From assembly GCA_037134895.1 (NCBI GenBank), contig JBAXLI010000009.1, positions 3,855 to 67,854 on the forward strand: 64,000 nucleotides of DNA, read 5' to 3'. This document shows, piece after piece, positions 7,412-15,965 of the stretch (position 1 is the stretch's first letter; every line of letters begins with the position of its first letter). Source of the stretch: Bacteroidota bacterium. Its GTDB lineage: Bacteria > Bacteroidota > Bacteroidia > Bacteroidales > FEN-979. Under the pieces are notes generated by a model. It saw only the letters and a list, made by a program, of their open reading frames with translations, was not told the DNA's origin and searched no databases. A program made the position numbers and the translations under genes.

Positions 7412-8611
7412 ATGCTGTTCATATCTGCACTTGCTATTCTTTTAACTCTGACAGCCCTGTGCTATATTCTTATGATCCTCTTTATTACTATGGGGATCCT
7501 CAGGAAGCAAAAACCACACAAGACTGTCTTTAAGCTCAACAGCTACTATAAGTCGGCCCAAAGACTTCCCTTAGAAGCTGAGATCCTGAAGATATCAGTT
7601 GTTCTGCCGGTTCGCAATGAGGCTGCTGTTATAACAAACATCCTTGACGATCTTGCCGGCCAGGATTATCCCGTGGGATTCTTTGAGATCATAGTCTGTG
7701 ATGATTTCTCTGAAGATTATACTGTTGAAAAGGTCAGAAAATGGGCGAAAGATCATCCGGGGACAAGCCTGAAACTGATAGTGGGGAGGACGAACCTCAG
7801 GGAGAACCACGGTAAAAAAAGAGCCATTGAAGCCGCGATCGAAGCCTCCACTGGCGATCTGATTATAACTACCGACGCAGATACATATCACGGCAGATCC
7901 TGGCTGAAAGCCATGGTTTCGGTATTCGCCGATCCCTTAGTCAGGATGGCATTGGGGCCGGTGGGTTTTACAGGAGAGCAAGGGATTTTCCAGAAAATCC
8001 AGATGCTTGAATTTCTGGGCCTGATCGGGGTGACAAACGGTTCGGCGAACCTCGGCTTTCCCCTGATGTGCAACGGGGCGAACCTGGCCTACCGCAGGCA
8101 GGCTTTTATTGATGTGGGCGGATTTGCGGGGAACACAGTCTTCCAGTCGGGCGATGACCAGTTCCTGATGATGAATTTCGCAAAACAGTTCGGACGAAAT
8201 GCCATTGTATTCGTAAAGGACCGGGAAGCTATAACCCTAACCAGTCCATGTAAAAACTTTGGTGATTTCTGGGAACAGAGGCTGAGGTGGGTTTCAAAAA
8301 GCAGGGGGTATAATGACAAGGCAGTGCTTTTGGCCGGCATGCTTACATTCGGCTTTCCTTTCCTTATCCTCATTGGAGGCATAACCGGAATATTTCATCC
8401 TTTCATCCTGCTTCTTGCGTCCCTTTTATGGCTCCTGAAAATTCTTGCCGAATACCCAATGGTTTGGCTCATGGCAGGATTTTTTGGAAAGAAACATCTT
8501 CTGAATTACTATTTCGTCGCCCAGGTCTTCCAGTTTTTCTATGCTATAGCCGTAACCGTTGCCGGACAATTCAGCGGGTATTCCTGGAAAGGACGGAGTT
8601 TCAGAAAGTAG
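7412..8611 (+). CDS. Family 2 glycosyltransferase (processive type, QxxRW)
   Basis: The motifs are VVLPVRNE, IIVCDDFSED, TTDADT (DxD) and QRLRW, followed by C-terminal TM helices. The track start at 7403 is TTG; the first ATG is at 7412. Confidence 0.85.
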   Translation: MLFISALAILLTLTALCYILMILFITMGILRKQKPHKTVFKLNSYYKSAQRLPLEAEILKISVVLPVRNEAAVITNILDDLAGQDYPVGFFEIIVCDDFSEDYTVEKVRKWAKDHPGTSLKLIVGRTNLRENHGKKRAIEAAIEASTGDLIITTDADTYHGRSWLKAMVSVFADPLVRMALGPVGFTGEQGIFQKIQMLEFLGLIGVTNGSANLGFPLMCNGANLAYRRQAFIDVGGFAGNTVFQSGDDQFLMMNFAKQFGRNAIVFVKDREAITLTSPCKNFGDFWEQRLRWVSKSRGYNDKAVLLAGMLTFGFPFLILIGGITGIFHPFILLLASLLWLLKILAEYPMVWLMAGFFGKKHLLNYYFVAQVFQFFYAIAVTVAGQFSGYSWKGRSFRK

Positions 8612-8614
8612 TGT

Positions 8615-9292
8615 TCAGTATCCCTGTTTGAATTTCATCAGGGATTCGGCAATTACCAGGTCTTCGGGGTAAGTAATTTTAACATTATACACATCGCCCT
8701 CGATCAGGCTGATAGTATGGCCATCGGCTTCAAGAACACTGGCATCGTCGGTAAAGGATTCCCGGTAAGCCTGTTCATAGGATTTCAGCAATGGCCCTGC
8801 CATGAATACCTGAGGGGTCTGGATCAGCCTGAGAGTGTTCCTGTCGAGGGGGCAGTTTGAAGTGCCGTTCAGGCTTCTAACCGAATCTGTAACGGTTGAG
8901 ACAGGGATTGCGTTTCCATGTGTGAAGGCATGATCAAAAGCACGTTGGATCAGGCCATGGCTTAACAGCGGTCTTACCCCGTCATGCACCGCCACGATGC
9001 CATCCGCAGTCACATAAGAAAGGGCGTTTTTTACTGTATCGAATCGTTTTTCGCCTCCGGGGGATAGAATATGAGGGATTATAAGGTCATGTTGACGGCA
9101 CAGGGTTTCCCACAGGGAAAAGAGACCAGGATGAAGTGCGACAATGATTCTGAGCGTTGGATCGAAGGCATTAAACGCCAGGATTGAATGCATCAGAACA
9201 GGTTTTCCGCAAAGAAGTAGGAATTGTTTGGGGATGGTGGAATTCATGCGGTTGCCCGTTCCGCCCGCGACGATGATGGCAAATTTATCCAA
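8615..9292 (-). CDS. ispD: 2-C-methyl-D-erythritol 4-phosphate cytidylyltransferase
   Basis: 225 aa. It has the N-terminal AIIVAGGTGNRM motif, a block ending ...VAVHDGVRP, and LIQTPQVF. The start codon is TTG (caa at 9290-9292), 0-3 nt after the queA stop. Confidence 0.9.
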   Translation of the reverse strand: MDKFAIIVAGGTGNRMNSTIPKQFLLLCGKPVLMHSILAFNAFDPTLRIIVALHPGLFSLWETLCRQHDLIIPHILSPGGEKRFDTVKNALSYVTADGIVAVHDGVRPLLSHGLIQRAFDHAFTHGNAIPVSTVTDSVRSLNGTSNCPLDRNTLRLIQTPQVFMAGPLLKSYEQAYRESFTDDASVLEADGHTISLIEGDVYNVKITYPEDLVIAESLMKFKQGY

Positions 9293-9294
9293 AG

Positions 9295-10344
9295 CTACAT
9301 GATAAGCATGGGATTGCCGTAAGTAAAGAACTTGTATTTCTTTTCTACGGCTTCTTCGTAGGCTTTCATGGTGAAATCGAATCCTGCGAATGCTGAAGTG
9401 AGCATCATCATTGGTGTTTGCGGAAGATGGAAATTGGTGATCATCGCGTTGGCAATGCTGAATTCATATGGCGGGAAGATGAATTTATTCGTCCAGCCTT
9501 TATAGGGTTTCAGGAGTCCGCCAACAGTAACCGACGATTCAATCGCTTTCATCGTAGTAGTGCCAACGGCGACGATTTTTTTCTTGTCCATCTTGGCCTT
9601 GTTGACGATCTCGACGGTTTCGGGTTCTATGATCACTTCTTCCGAATCCATTTTATGTTTTGTAAGGTCTTCAACGTCGATGGTGCGGAAGTTGCCAAGG
9701 CCGACGTGCAAGGTGACTTCTGCAAAATGAACGCCTTTAAGCTCAAGGCGTTTCATGATCTCGCGGGTGAAATGGAGCCCGGCAGTGGGAGCTGCAACAG
9801 CGCCTTCGTGTTTTGCAAAAATAGTCTGGTAACGTTCGTTGTCCTCGCTGGTAACAGGCCTGTTATGGATCTTTGGCAGAGGTGTTTCGCCAAGCTTTTG
9901 AATGGTTTTCTTGAATTCGTCGTAAGGGCCGTCGAAGAGGAAACGTATGGTACGGCCTCTTGATGTTGTATTGTCGATCACCTCGGCAACCAGGGTGTCG
10001 TCGTCTCCAAAATACAGTTTGTTCCCGATCCTGATTTTACGGGCCGGGTCAACCAGGACGTCCCATAGTCTTGATTCGCGGTTCAGTTCGCGAAGCAGAA
10101 AAACTTCGATTTTGGCGCCGGTTTTTTCTTTTTCGCCATAGAGGCGGGCAGGAAAAACCTTGGTGTTGTTGATGATAAACACATCACCATCGCCGAAGTA
10201 GTTCAGAATATCTTTAAAATGTTTATGTTGGATAGATTGCTTCCTGCGGTCGAGGATCATCATGTTGACATCGTCGCGGTGTTTGGCAGGATTGTTAGCA
10301 ATAAGATCAGGAGGCAGATGGAAACGAAACTGAGATAGCTTCAT
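9295..10344 (-). CDS. queA: S-adenosylmethionine:tRNA ribosyltransferase-isomerase
   Basis: 349 aa. [37 protein letters not shown] and GNPMLI are all hallmark QueA blocks. Confidence 0.95.
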   Translation of the reverse strand: MKLSQFRFHLPPDLIANNPAKHRDDVNMMILDRRKQSIQHKHFKDILNYFGDGDVFIINNTKVFPARLYGEKEKTGAKIEVFLLRELNRESRLWDVLVDPARKIRIGNKLYFGDDDTLVAEVIDNTTSRGRTIRFLFDGPYDEFKKTIQKLGETPLPKIHNRPVTSEDNERYQTIFAKHEGAVAAPTAGLHFTREIMKRLELKGVHFAEVTLHVGLGNFRTIDVEDLTKHKMDSEEVIIEPETVEIVNKAKMDKKKIVAVGTTTMKAIESSVTVGGLLKPYKGWTNKFIFPPYEFSIANAMITNFHLPQTPMMMLTSAFAGFDFTMKAYEEAVEKKYKFFTYGNPMLIM

Positions 10345-10366
10345 GCTTGTCGATTAAAAAGGCGTG

Positions 10367-10374
10367 CAAAAGTA
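10367..10374 (-). promoter_or_regulatory. -7 box TACTTTTG for queA-ispD
   Basis: TAnnTTTG on the minus strand, 23 nt upstream of the queA ATG (10344). Confidence 0.4.
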
Positions 10375-10427
10375 ATACTTTTTTCGCTGAATGTCAAGCC
10401 TTTTTTATCTTTTTGGTTTTGGAGCGC

Positions 10428-11084
10428 TTACTCAAACAGTCCGTTAATCTCCTGCGGAGGCTTCAGGTGATAGGTCAGCAACCCAACATTCGAGGCTGTT
10501 TCGACATGCTGGGAAGAGTCATCGATGAACAAGGTTTCTTTGGGATCCAGTTTACCGTCGCGGATGACAAATTCGAAAATTTCGCGGCTGGGTTTCTGGA
10601 GATGGATCTCAAATGAGAACCAGGTCTTCTCAAACAAGTCGAGGAAAGATTTGTACCCGTAATTTTTGCTGAAATCTCCCAGGTACTTGTTGTAATGGAT
10701 TTCATTTGAATTACTGAGAATGAAGATCCTGTATGATTTTCTGACCTCTTCGAGCAGCCTCACCCTTTGAGCAGGGATATTGAGGATCATGGCATTCAAG
10801 GCATCGAGGATTTCCTGTTCGCTGATACCGGGTTTAAGGTGTTTCTTCAGGATGGCTGTAAATTCGGGAATTGAGATTTTTCCGCCTTCAAGTCTGCGGA
10901 AAACATCTTCCCCTTCCTCGAATGAGTATGAAGGATTAAATCCTTTAAAACCCAGATCCCTGAATTTCTGTTCCGAAAGTTTAAAGTCTATATTGCCGAT
11001 CACTCCGCCGAAATCAAAAATGATGTTCCGGATGGTACGGCCCTGTGAGGCCTGGGGGGTCAGTGTAAGCATGGCATGAAGCAT
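10428..11084 (-). CDS. HAD-superfamily hydrolase (subfamily IA, YihX-like)
   Basis: Motif I is IIFDFGGVI. The SNSN block is motif II. The C-terminal FIDDS block is motif IV. Confidence 0.75.
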   Translation of the reverse strand: MLHAMLTLTPQASQGRTIRNIIFDFGGVIGNIDFKLSEQKFRDLGFKGFNPSYSFEEGEDVFRRLEGGKISIPEFTAILKKHLKPGISEQEILDALNAMILNIPAQRVRLLEEVRKSYRIFILSNSNEIHYNKYLGDFSKNYGYKSFLDLFEKTWFSFEIHLQKPSREIFEFVIRDGKLDPKETLFIDDSSQHVETASNVGLLTYHLKPPQEINGLFE

Positions 11085-11112
11085 TCAGCTTGCAAAGATG
11101 GCAAAATAGTTT

Positions 11113-11120
11113 TACCTTTG
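11113..11120 (+). promoter_or_regulatory. -7 box TACCTTTG upstream of the tRNA
   Basis: TAnnTTTG lies 47 nt upstream of the tRNA 5' end. A TTG at 11090-11092 sits at the right spacing for a -33 element. Confidence 0.4.
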
Positions 11121-11166
11121 CACCCCGATTTCGTGAAACGGATTCAGTGAAACGTGGATCGGATCA

Positions 11167-11240
11167 GGGCCCATAGCTCAGACGGTTAGAGCAGCTGACT
11201 CATAATCAGCGGGTCACAGGTTCAAGTCCTGTTGGGCCCA
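11167..11240 (+). tRNA. tRNA with anticodon CAT (elongator Met, or Ile2 if C34 is lysidinylated)
   Basis: I folded the cloverleaf by hand. The acceptor stem is GGGCCCA/TGGGCCC, the D stem GCTC/GAGC, the anticodon stem GCTGA/TCAGC with loop CTCATAA, and the T arm ACAGG-TTCAAGT-CCTGT. The discriminator is A and the length is 74 nt. The G1:C72 pair argues against an initiator tRNA. CCA is not encoded. Confidence 0.9.
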
Positions 11241-11262
11241 CAGCAAAAATATGTTTTAAGTA

Positions 11263-11291
11263 AAAGAGTATCAGCATGGTACTCTTTTTTT
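11263..11291 (+). terminator. Rho-independent terminator after the tRNA
   Basis: An 8-bp stem AAAGAGTA/TACTCTTT with a 9-nt loop is followed by a T-run (TTTTTTAT). Confidence 0.55.
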
Positions 11292-11378
11292 ATTGCTTCT
11301 ATCTTCATTCGTCGCCTGGGAAACCGAATCAGGCTTTTTTTCCGGTAATATATTGTTGATTTTTTCTGTAAGTTTTTG

Positions 11379-11386
11379 TATATTTG
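11379..11386 (+). promoter_or_regulatory. -7 box TATATTTG for the C45-like gene
   Basis: TAnnTTTG lies 41 nt upstream of the ATG at 11427. A TTG sits 20 nt upstream of the box. Confidence 0.4.
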
Positions 11387-11426
11387 ACAAAGGGCAACCA
11401 AATTCAATGACCAAAGTAAAACCATT

Positions 11427-12878
11427 ATGGAAACAAATAAAACCAGAAAGGGCCTTGAAATAAAAGTCAAAAAAATTGCAGGTATAGCTTTGCTGATCGC
11501 TGGAGTCGCGATTATGCTGTTGGGTTGCCATAAAAGCGACAACAGCCCCGTGAATAACCCGGTCTCCATTAAGAAAATGGAAAACTACTATAATGTTACC
11601 CTGGATTATTCGAACTGCTCACATCGTGAGATGGGACGTCAGTTTGCATTGTCTATCAAGCAGGTGATGCCGGAATATGAAGCAACCATTGATTTTTTGC
11701 TGGCCATGCACATGGTTTTACTGGAGAATGCACCAAATCCATTAACATTTAATACTGTAAAAGAACGGGCAAAAATAATCTATGAAAATCTCAACAATGA
11801 CTATAAAGAAGAGATTGCCGGAATGCTGGATGTTTTTAACTATGATGTGGACAAACTGGTAGACGGACGGCTTTCGAAGAATGAATTTATCATTTACCAG
11901 ATGTTTTCTGAAGTTATGCGGCCCAACTCCTGCTCTGCATCTGCAGCAATCGGTAGTGCGTCTGCTACAGGAAGCACCATCGTCGCAAGGAACTGGGACT
12001 GGCTAAGCATGGCGCGTTACGGCATTGCTCATCTGCACTCAATTACCACGTATAAGAACGGCAGCAAGACAATAACGAATATGGGTCCTATGGGGCAGTT
12101 AAACGGACTTACCTTGTTCAACCAGCATCATCTTTTCGGTGCGGTTATCAACTCAACTACTGGCGCCCTGTATCCAACGGATCTTTCAAACAGGCGTTCC
12201 TTCTTCTTTGACCTGCGTTATGCATTCGAAAATTTTTCGACACTTGCCCAGGTTTCCGATTACATGAAGGATGCAAATAAACTTTACTTGTACAATCATT
12301 TGATACTGCTTGCTGATCAGGCTACGGCAGGTGTCGTAGAAAACCAGGTAAACAATAAGCAGGGCGGAGCCCCGGGAAACCGCAGTTTCAGAACAGAGTC
12401 ATCAACACTGAACCCTTTGCTGACAATGGGTCAGACCTGGGGAATTCCCGGCATCTTTGCAGCCGTTAACGATTATCGTCTGCCCAACAATGACTGGGAT
12501 AGCACGAACCTTGAAAACACGACACGCTGGACCTCGTTCAGAGAGAAATATGCGGGAGTTGCTTCGGGCCAGCGTATCGATATTGAGACTCTGAAATCAA
12601 TTACAGGATATCCCGGACCGAACAGCAACGGCAAAATGACCGATGGGGCGATTTTCAATTCCGAAATGCAGCAATTATGGGATACAACCTATCCTATACC
12701 TGCATTTAATGTAGGGGCAGGCTTACCGGGAATTTCAAAGGCTTATACAACAATGCAGTCTGTAATAATGGATATGAAAACCATGGAATTATGGATCCAC
12801 TTTGTTCCGCCAACTTATTTTGGGGAAAGACCGCCCTTACGCCCAACCTATCAGAAAATTCCGAACCCGATCTATTGA
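11427..12878 (+). CDS. Putative Ntn-hydrolase of the C45 (acyl-CoA:6-APA acyltransferase-like) family; lipoprotein
   Basis: 483 aa. The N-terminal anchor or lipobox is LLGC. The internal block NSCSASAAIGSASATGSTIVARNWDW resembles the self-cleaving Gly/Cys nucleophile region plus the RNxDW motif of C45 and choloylglycine-type hydrolases. The assignment is from memory of motifs only. Confidence 0.45.
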   Translation: METNKTRKGLEIKVKKIAGIALLIAGVAIMLLGCHKSDNSPVNNPVSIKKMENYYNVTLDYSNCSHREMGRQFALSIKQVMPEYEATIDFLLAMHMVLLENAPNPLTFNTVKERAKIIYENLNNDYKEEIAGMLDVFNYDVDKLVDGRLSKNEFIIYQMFSEVMRPNSCSASAAIGSASATGSTIVARNWDWLSMARYGIAHLHSITTYKNGSKTITNMGPMGQLNGLTLFNQHHLFGAVINSTTGALYPTDLSNRRSFFFDLRYAFENFSTLAQVSDYMKDANKLYLYNHLILLADQATAGVVENQVNNKQGGAPGNRSFRTESSTLNPLLTMGQTWGIPGIFAAVNDYRLPNNDWDSTNLENTTRWTSFREKYAGVASGQRIDIETLKSITGYPGPNSNGKMTDGAIFNSEMQQLWDTTYPIPAFNVGAGLPGISKAYTTMQSVIMDMKTMELWIHFVPPTYFGERPPLRPTYQKIPNPIY

Positions 12879-12913
12879 CAAATTAGCCTTAGCTGAAAGG
12901 ATTCAAGTCCTGT

Positions 12914-13363
12914 TTAATTTCTTGTAATGGGACTTGAATTGTCACATACTGGTGGGCATGCATTGGTGCTGCCTGAAGGTGTGTTGTAAATGGTATTCCC
13001 CACGGCATCCTTTCCACTGCTGTTTATGCCAACCACAATAGCAACACTGTTCGAATTATTGTCTTTCCCGAAATAAATCCTGAAACCTGTCAGGCCTGAG
13101 TTTTCCTGGGCAATGGCATTCATTGCGTCCAACTGGGTTCTGTCTATTACAAGACCATCGATCACCTGGTTGTAATTTGCTGCACCGGCCAAATAGTTCT
13201 TAAAATACTGGTTCGCATCGACTGTGGATATCGGGGTCATCCCGCCTCCCGATGCTGAAGGCGCCGGAGCATTTTGAAAAGCAAGCAAACCGACGATAGA
13301 AATTCCGGACACAATCCCTGTTAAAAAAACCAGGGCCATATAAAGATATTTGTTTGTTTTCAT
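12914..13363 (-). CDS. Hypothetical membrane-anchored or secreted protein
   Basis: I started at M17 of the track ORF (MKTNKYLYMALVFLTGIVSGISIVGLLAF), which gives an N-terminal TM or signal anchor. No recognised domain. Confidence 0.45.
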   Translation of the reverse strand: MKTNKYLYMALVFLTGIVSGISIVGLLAFQNAPAPSASGGGMTPISTVDANQYFKNYLAGAANYNQVIDGLVIDRTQLDAMNAIAQENSGLTGFRIYFGKDNNSNSVAIVVGINSSGKDAVGNTIYNTPSGSTNACPPVCDNSSPITRN

Positions 13364-13455
13364 AGAATTATTATTTAGAAGTAAATTAAATAAAAGATTA
13401 ATTTTGCTCAAAGATAACCTTTTATGAATATTGTTGTCAAATTTATTTTTTAATC

Positions 13456-15297
13456 ATGAGAGCGGATGTTTATTCTGATTTCTGTTTCCCGGGAGGTGTA
13501 AAAAGGACTATTGTCCGAACCTGCATTGTTCTGATGACCCTGTTAATATTTCCGGAATCGGAGATGTTCAGCCAGGTGGATCCGCTGGCTCAATATGGTA
13601 AATTAAAGGATGAAATTGCTTTGACAAATACCGACAGCCTGAAGATTGAAAAGCTGTTTGACCTTGCTTGTTTTTATTCCGATTACCTGGGTGATGATAA
13701 TCTGGCCGACAGTGCCAGCGTGATTGCCATCAGGCTTGCAGAGGAGAGTCACCGGCCTGAATTACTTGTCATTGCATATAACAGGTATATAGAATCCAAT
13801 AACTTATCCGCCAACAATAAAAAGGCCCTGGGATATGCTATTAAAGCCGGGCAGCTTTCAAACACAGATGACCCCGGAATTGATTTCAGAATTACAAAAA
13901 ACCTGGTCACCGTTTATTTGTCGGGATATGAATACGATAAAGCTCTTGAATATGGCTATAAAGCGCTTTCATTGGCCACGATGACCGAAAATGTAAACTG
14001 GAAAGCCGAAGGTTATCTTGATATCGGGAAATGCCTTGAAGGTAAAAACCAGAAAATTGAAGCTTTCAGGAATTACCTCAACGCAGAAAGCCTGGCTCAG
14101 AAAATCAAGGATACAAGTCTGCAAATAAAATGCGCAAGCTGTTTATCCCACTTTTATAACCTGAATAAAATTTATAACCAGGCAACCCGCTATAAACTGA
14201 TACAGTGCGACCTTCTGAGAAAAATGAATCCGGTTGATTCCATCGCCCTGATGTGGACACAATATGATCTCCAGGTGATTGACCTGAACTCGAACAACAA
14301 CCAGCTTGATGCAGGAAGCTTCAGGAAAATCCTTGATTTTGCCGTCAGAAGGAAATTCACCCGTTTGCTGACCGACGAAATTGCCCTGATCAGGACGCAC
14401 CTGATCCAGGCAGACAAGATAGGCTTGCTACATGACTTTTACACCAAAGAATTTCCGCAAGAGTTGAAAAAAATGGCAACAGAAAATCCCGGCATGTATT
14501 ACAGGCTGAAGGCATTCTTCTGTGAGGAGGAGCATAGGCCCGATTCAGCATTATATTATTTCAATAAAGCTGAATTAACTCTGCAAACCAATCCGAATAA
14601 AGTATTAAGGGCTAATTTTTTTAAAAGGTTCGGACAGTTTTTTCTTCGACAGGGGTTGAAAGACAAAGCCATTGAGAAGTTTTCAGATTCCTATAAACTG
14701 GCCTGCGAAGCAGGATATTTTGATTATATGCTCAGTGTATCCAGGCAGTTGGAAACTCTTTATGCCGGGAAAGGAGATTTCAGGAATGCTTTCAATTATG
14801 CCGTGTTAAACAGGACTCTTTCAGACAGCATTAGTAACATGTCGAAACAAGACCAGTTACTGATCATGGAAATAGATCATGAGACAAGGCAAAGGGACCT
14901 TGCAGCTCAAAGCGAAAAGCAATCCACCGAAAGGAGGCATTACCTGCAGTACAATGCCATCATTGTTATTATCATTTCGGTCTTCGTAGTATTATTAATG
15001 CTTGGAAGTTTGAAGGTTCCCGAGTGGATCATAAAAATGCTGGGCTTCTTTTCATTTATTTTCCTGTTCGAATTTATCATTCTTATAGCGGATCATAAGA
15101 TCCACGAGATCACCCAGGGCGAACCATGGAAAATATTACTGATTAAAATCTGCCTCATCGCGATACTGCTCCCGATGCATCACTGGATTGAAAAGAGGGT
15201 GGTTTCCTTTCTCCTTAACCCTGGCCTGATCAACATTTCCCGCTATCCGGTGCGTAGCAAACTGAGGGCACATCTCAACAGGTTAAAACGGAAATAA
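13456..15297 (+). CDS. TPR-repeat protein with a C-terminal multi-TM region and no recognisable output domain
   Basis: 613 aa. It has an N-terminal signal-like segment and a long helical-repeat region with TPR-like A/Y/L periodicity. Three or four hydrophobic helices lie after residue 500 or so. Confidence 0.55.
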   Translation: MRADVYSDFCFPGGVKRTIVRTCIVLMTLLIFPESEMFSQVDPLAQYGKLKDEIALTNTDSLKIEKLFDLACFYSDYLGDDNLADSASVIAIRLAEESHRPELLVIAYNRYIESNNLSANNKKALGYAIKAGQLSNTDDPGIDFRITKNLVTVYLSGYEYDKALEYGYKALSLATMTENVNWKAEGYLDIGKCLEGKNQKIEAFRNYLNAESLAQKIKDTSLQIKCASCLSHFYNLNKIYNQATRYKLIQCDLLRKMNPVDSIALMWTQYDLQVIDLNSNNNQLDAGSFRKILDFAVRRKFTRLLTDEIALIRTHLIQADKIGLLHDFYTKEFPQELKKMATENPGMYYRLKAFFCEEEHRPDSALYYFNKAELTLQTNPNKVLRANFFKRFGQFFLRQGLKDKAIEKFSDSYKLACEAGYFDYMLSVSRQLETLYAGKGDFRNAFNYAVLNRTLSDSISNMSKQDQLLIMEIDHETRQRDLAAQSEKQSTERRHYLQYNAIIVIIISVFVVLLMLGSLKVPEWIIKMLGFFSFIFLFEFIILIADHKIHEITQGEPWKILLIKICLIAILLPMHHWIEKRVVSFLLNPGLINISRYPVRSKLRAHLNRLKRK

Positions 15298-15326
15298 ATC
15301 CAATATGCCAGCAAGTGGAGAAAACT

Positions 15327-15893
15327 TCAGTCCGTACCTTTTGTCAATACAGGAAACCGTTTGACTTTTTTAACCAGAAGTTCTGCTTGTTTAATACTTG
15401 CATCGTTTGCATAATCATAGGTTTCAACATCCTGGTAACCCCAGGGTGTGAAAAATCGAAGTATTTCAACACCATGTCCTTTTAAAAAATAAAACTGTTG
15501 AGGGGACAGACAGTATCTAAGTTTCACTCCCTCTGTAACGGTTCCAGCGGGATCATTGGGTATTTTGGCACCGCCAATAAGGCTTTTAGCATCATATTCG
15601 ACATACAGGGAAATGGTCTGGAACCTGTCAAACTTCAGCCATAAGCTGTCTTTTTTATGAATTGAAAATGGCTCTCGTTGTCCGAAGTCACATTTTACTT
15701 CAAGGAAAAAATCAGAATTAATTCGCTGCATCCTGATATTAACGAGGTATCTGGAAGTTGAGGCTAGATGAATCCAGTTTGTAGTTCTGATGGTGTCTTT
15801 TGATTTAGAATCAATATAGCAACTGTCAAGTCTTTGAGCTGGCAAGGCCAACCAGACGATTACAAAGTATGCGATCAGGAAAAACTTCTTCAT
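15327..15893 (-). CDS. Hypothetical secreted protein
   Basis: It starts at MKKFFLIAYFVIVWLALPAQ (signal peptide). No recognised domain. Confidence 0.45.
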   Translation of the reverse strand: MKKFFLIAYFVIVWLALPAQRLDSCYIDSKSKDTIRTTNWIHLASTSRYLVNIRMQRINSDFFLEVKCDFGQREPFSIHKKDSLWLKFDRFQTISLYVEYDAKSLIGGAKIPNDPAGTVTEGVKLRYCLSPQQFYFLKGHGVEILRFFTPWGYQDVETYDYANDASIKQAELLVKKVKRFPVLTKGTD

Positions 15894-15965
15894 GGTTGAG
15901 AATTTAAACAAAGAATGTGACACAATTTGCAAATTCCAGTGAAGACATCCGCCTGAAACAGTAAT

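Noticed and set aside
6390-8611. Flippase-like (UPF0104) gene plus processive GT2 pair as a possible novel glycolipid system
   Set aside because: This pairing is a familiar, widely conserved arrangement in Bacteroidota core regions. Nothing unusual is seen in the sequence.
11222-11569. 115-aa minus-strand ORF overlapping the tRNA 3' end, its terminator and the C45 gene start
   Set aside because: It overlaps a structurally convincing tRNA and a promoter. The translation has no features. I treat it as spurious.
12898-12939. A 13-nt exact match (TTCAAGTCCTGTT, 12902-12914) to the T-arm of the tRNA at 11167-11240. It could be an att-like direct repeat bracketing the C45-like gene as a tRNA-integrated islet. 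The same bases form a perfect 10-bp hairpin ATTCAAGTCC/GGACTTGAAT (12901-12939).
   Set aside because: The match covers only the T-loop and half the T-stem, not the acceptor 3' end that att sites normally include. No integrase or other mobility gene lies between the copies. The hairpin between convergent genes offers a simpler explanation. It would only be worth checking by comparing this locus in related genomes.
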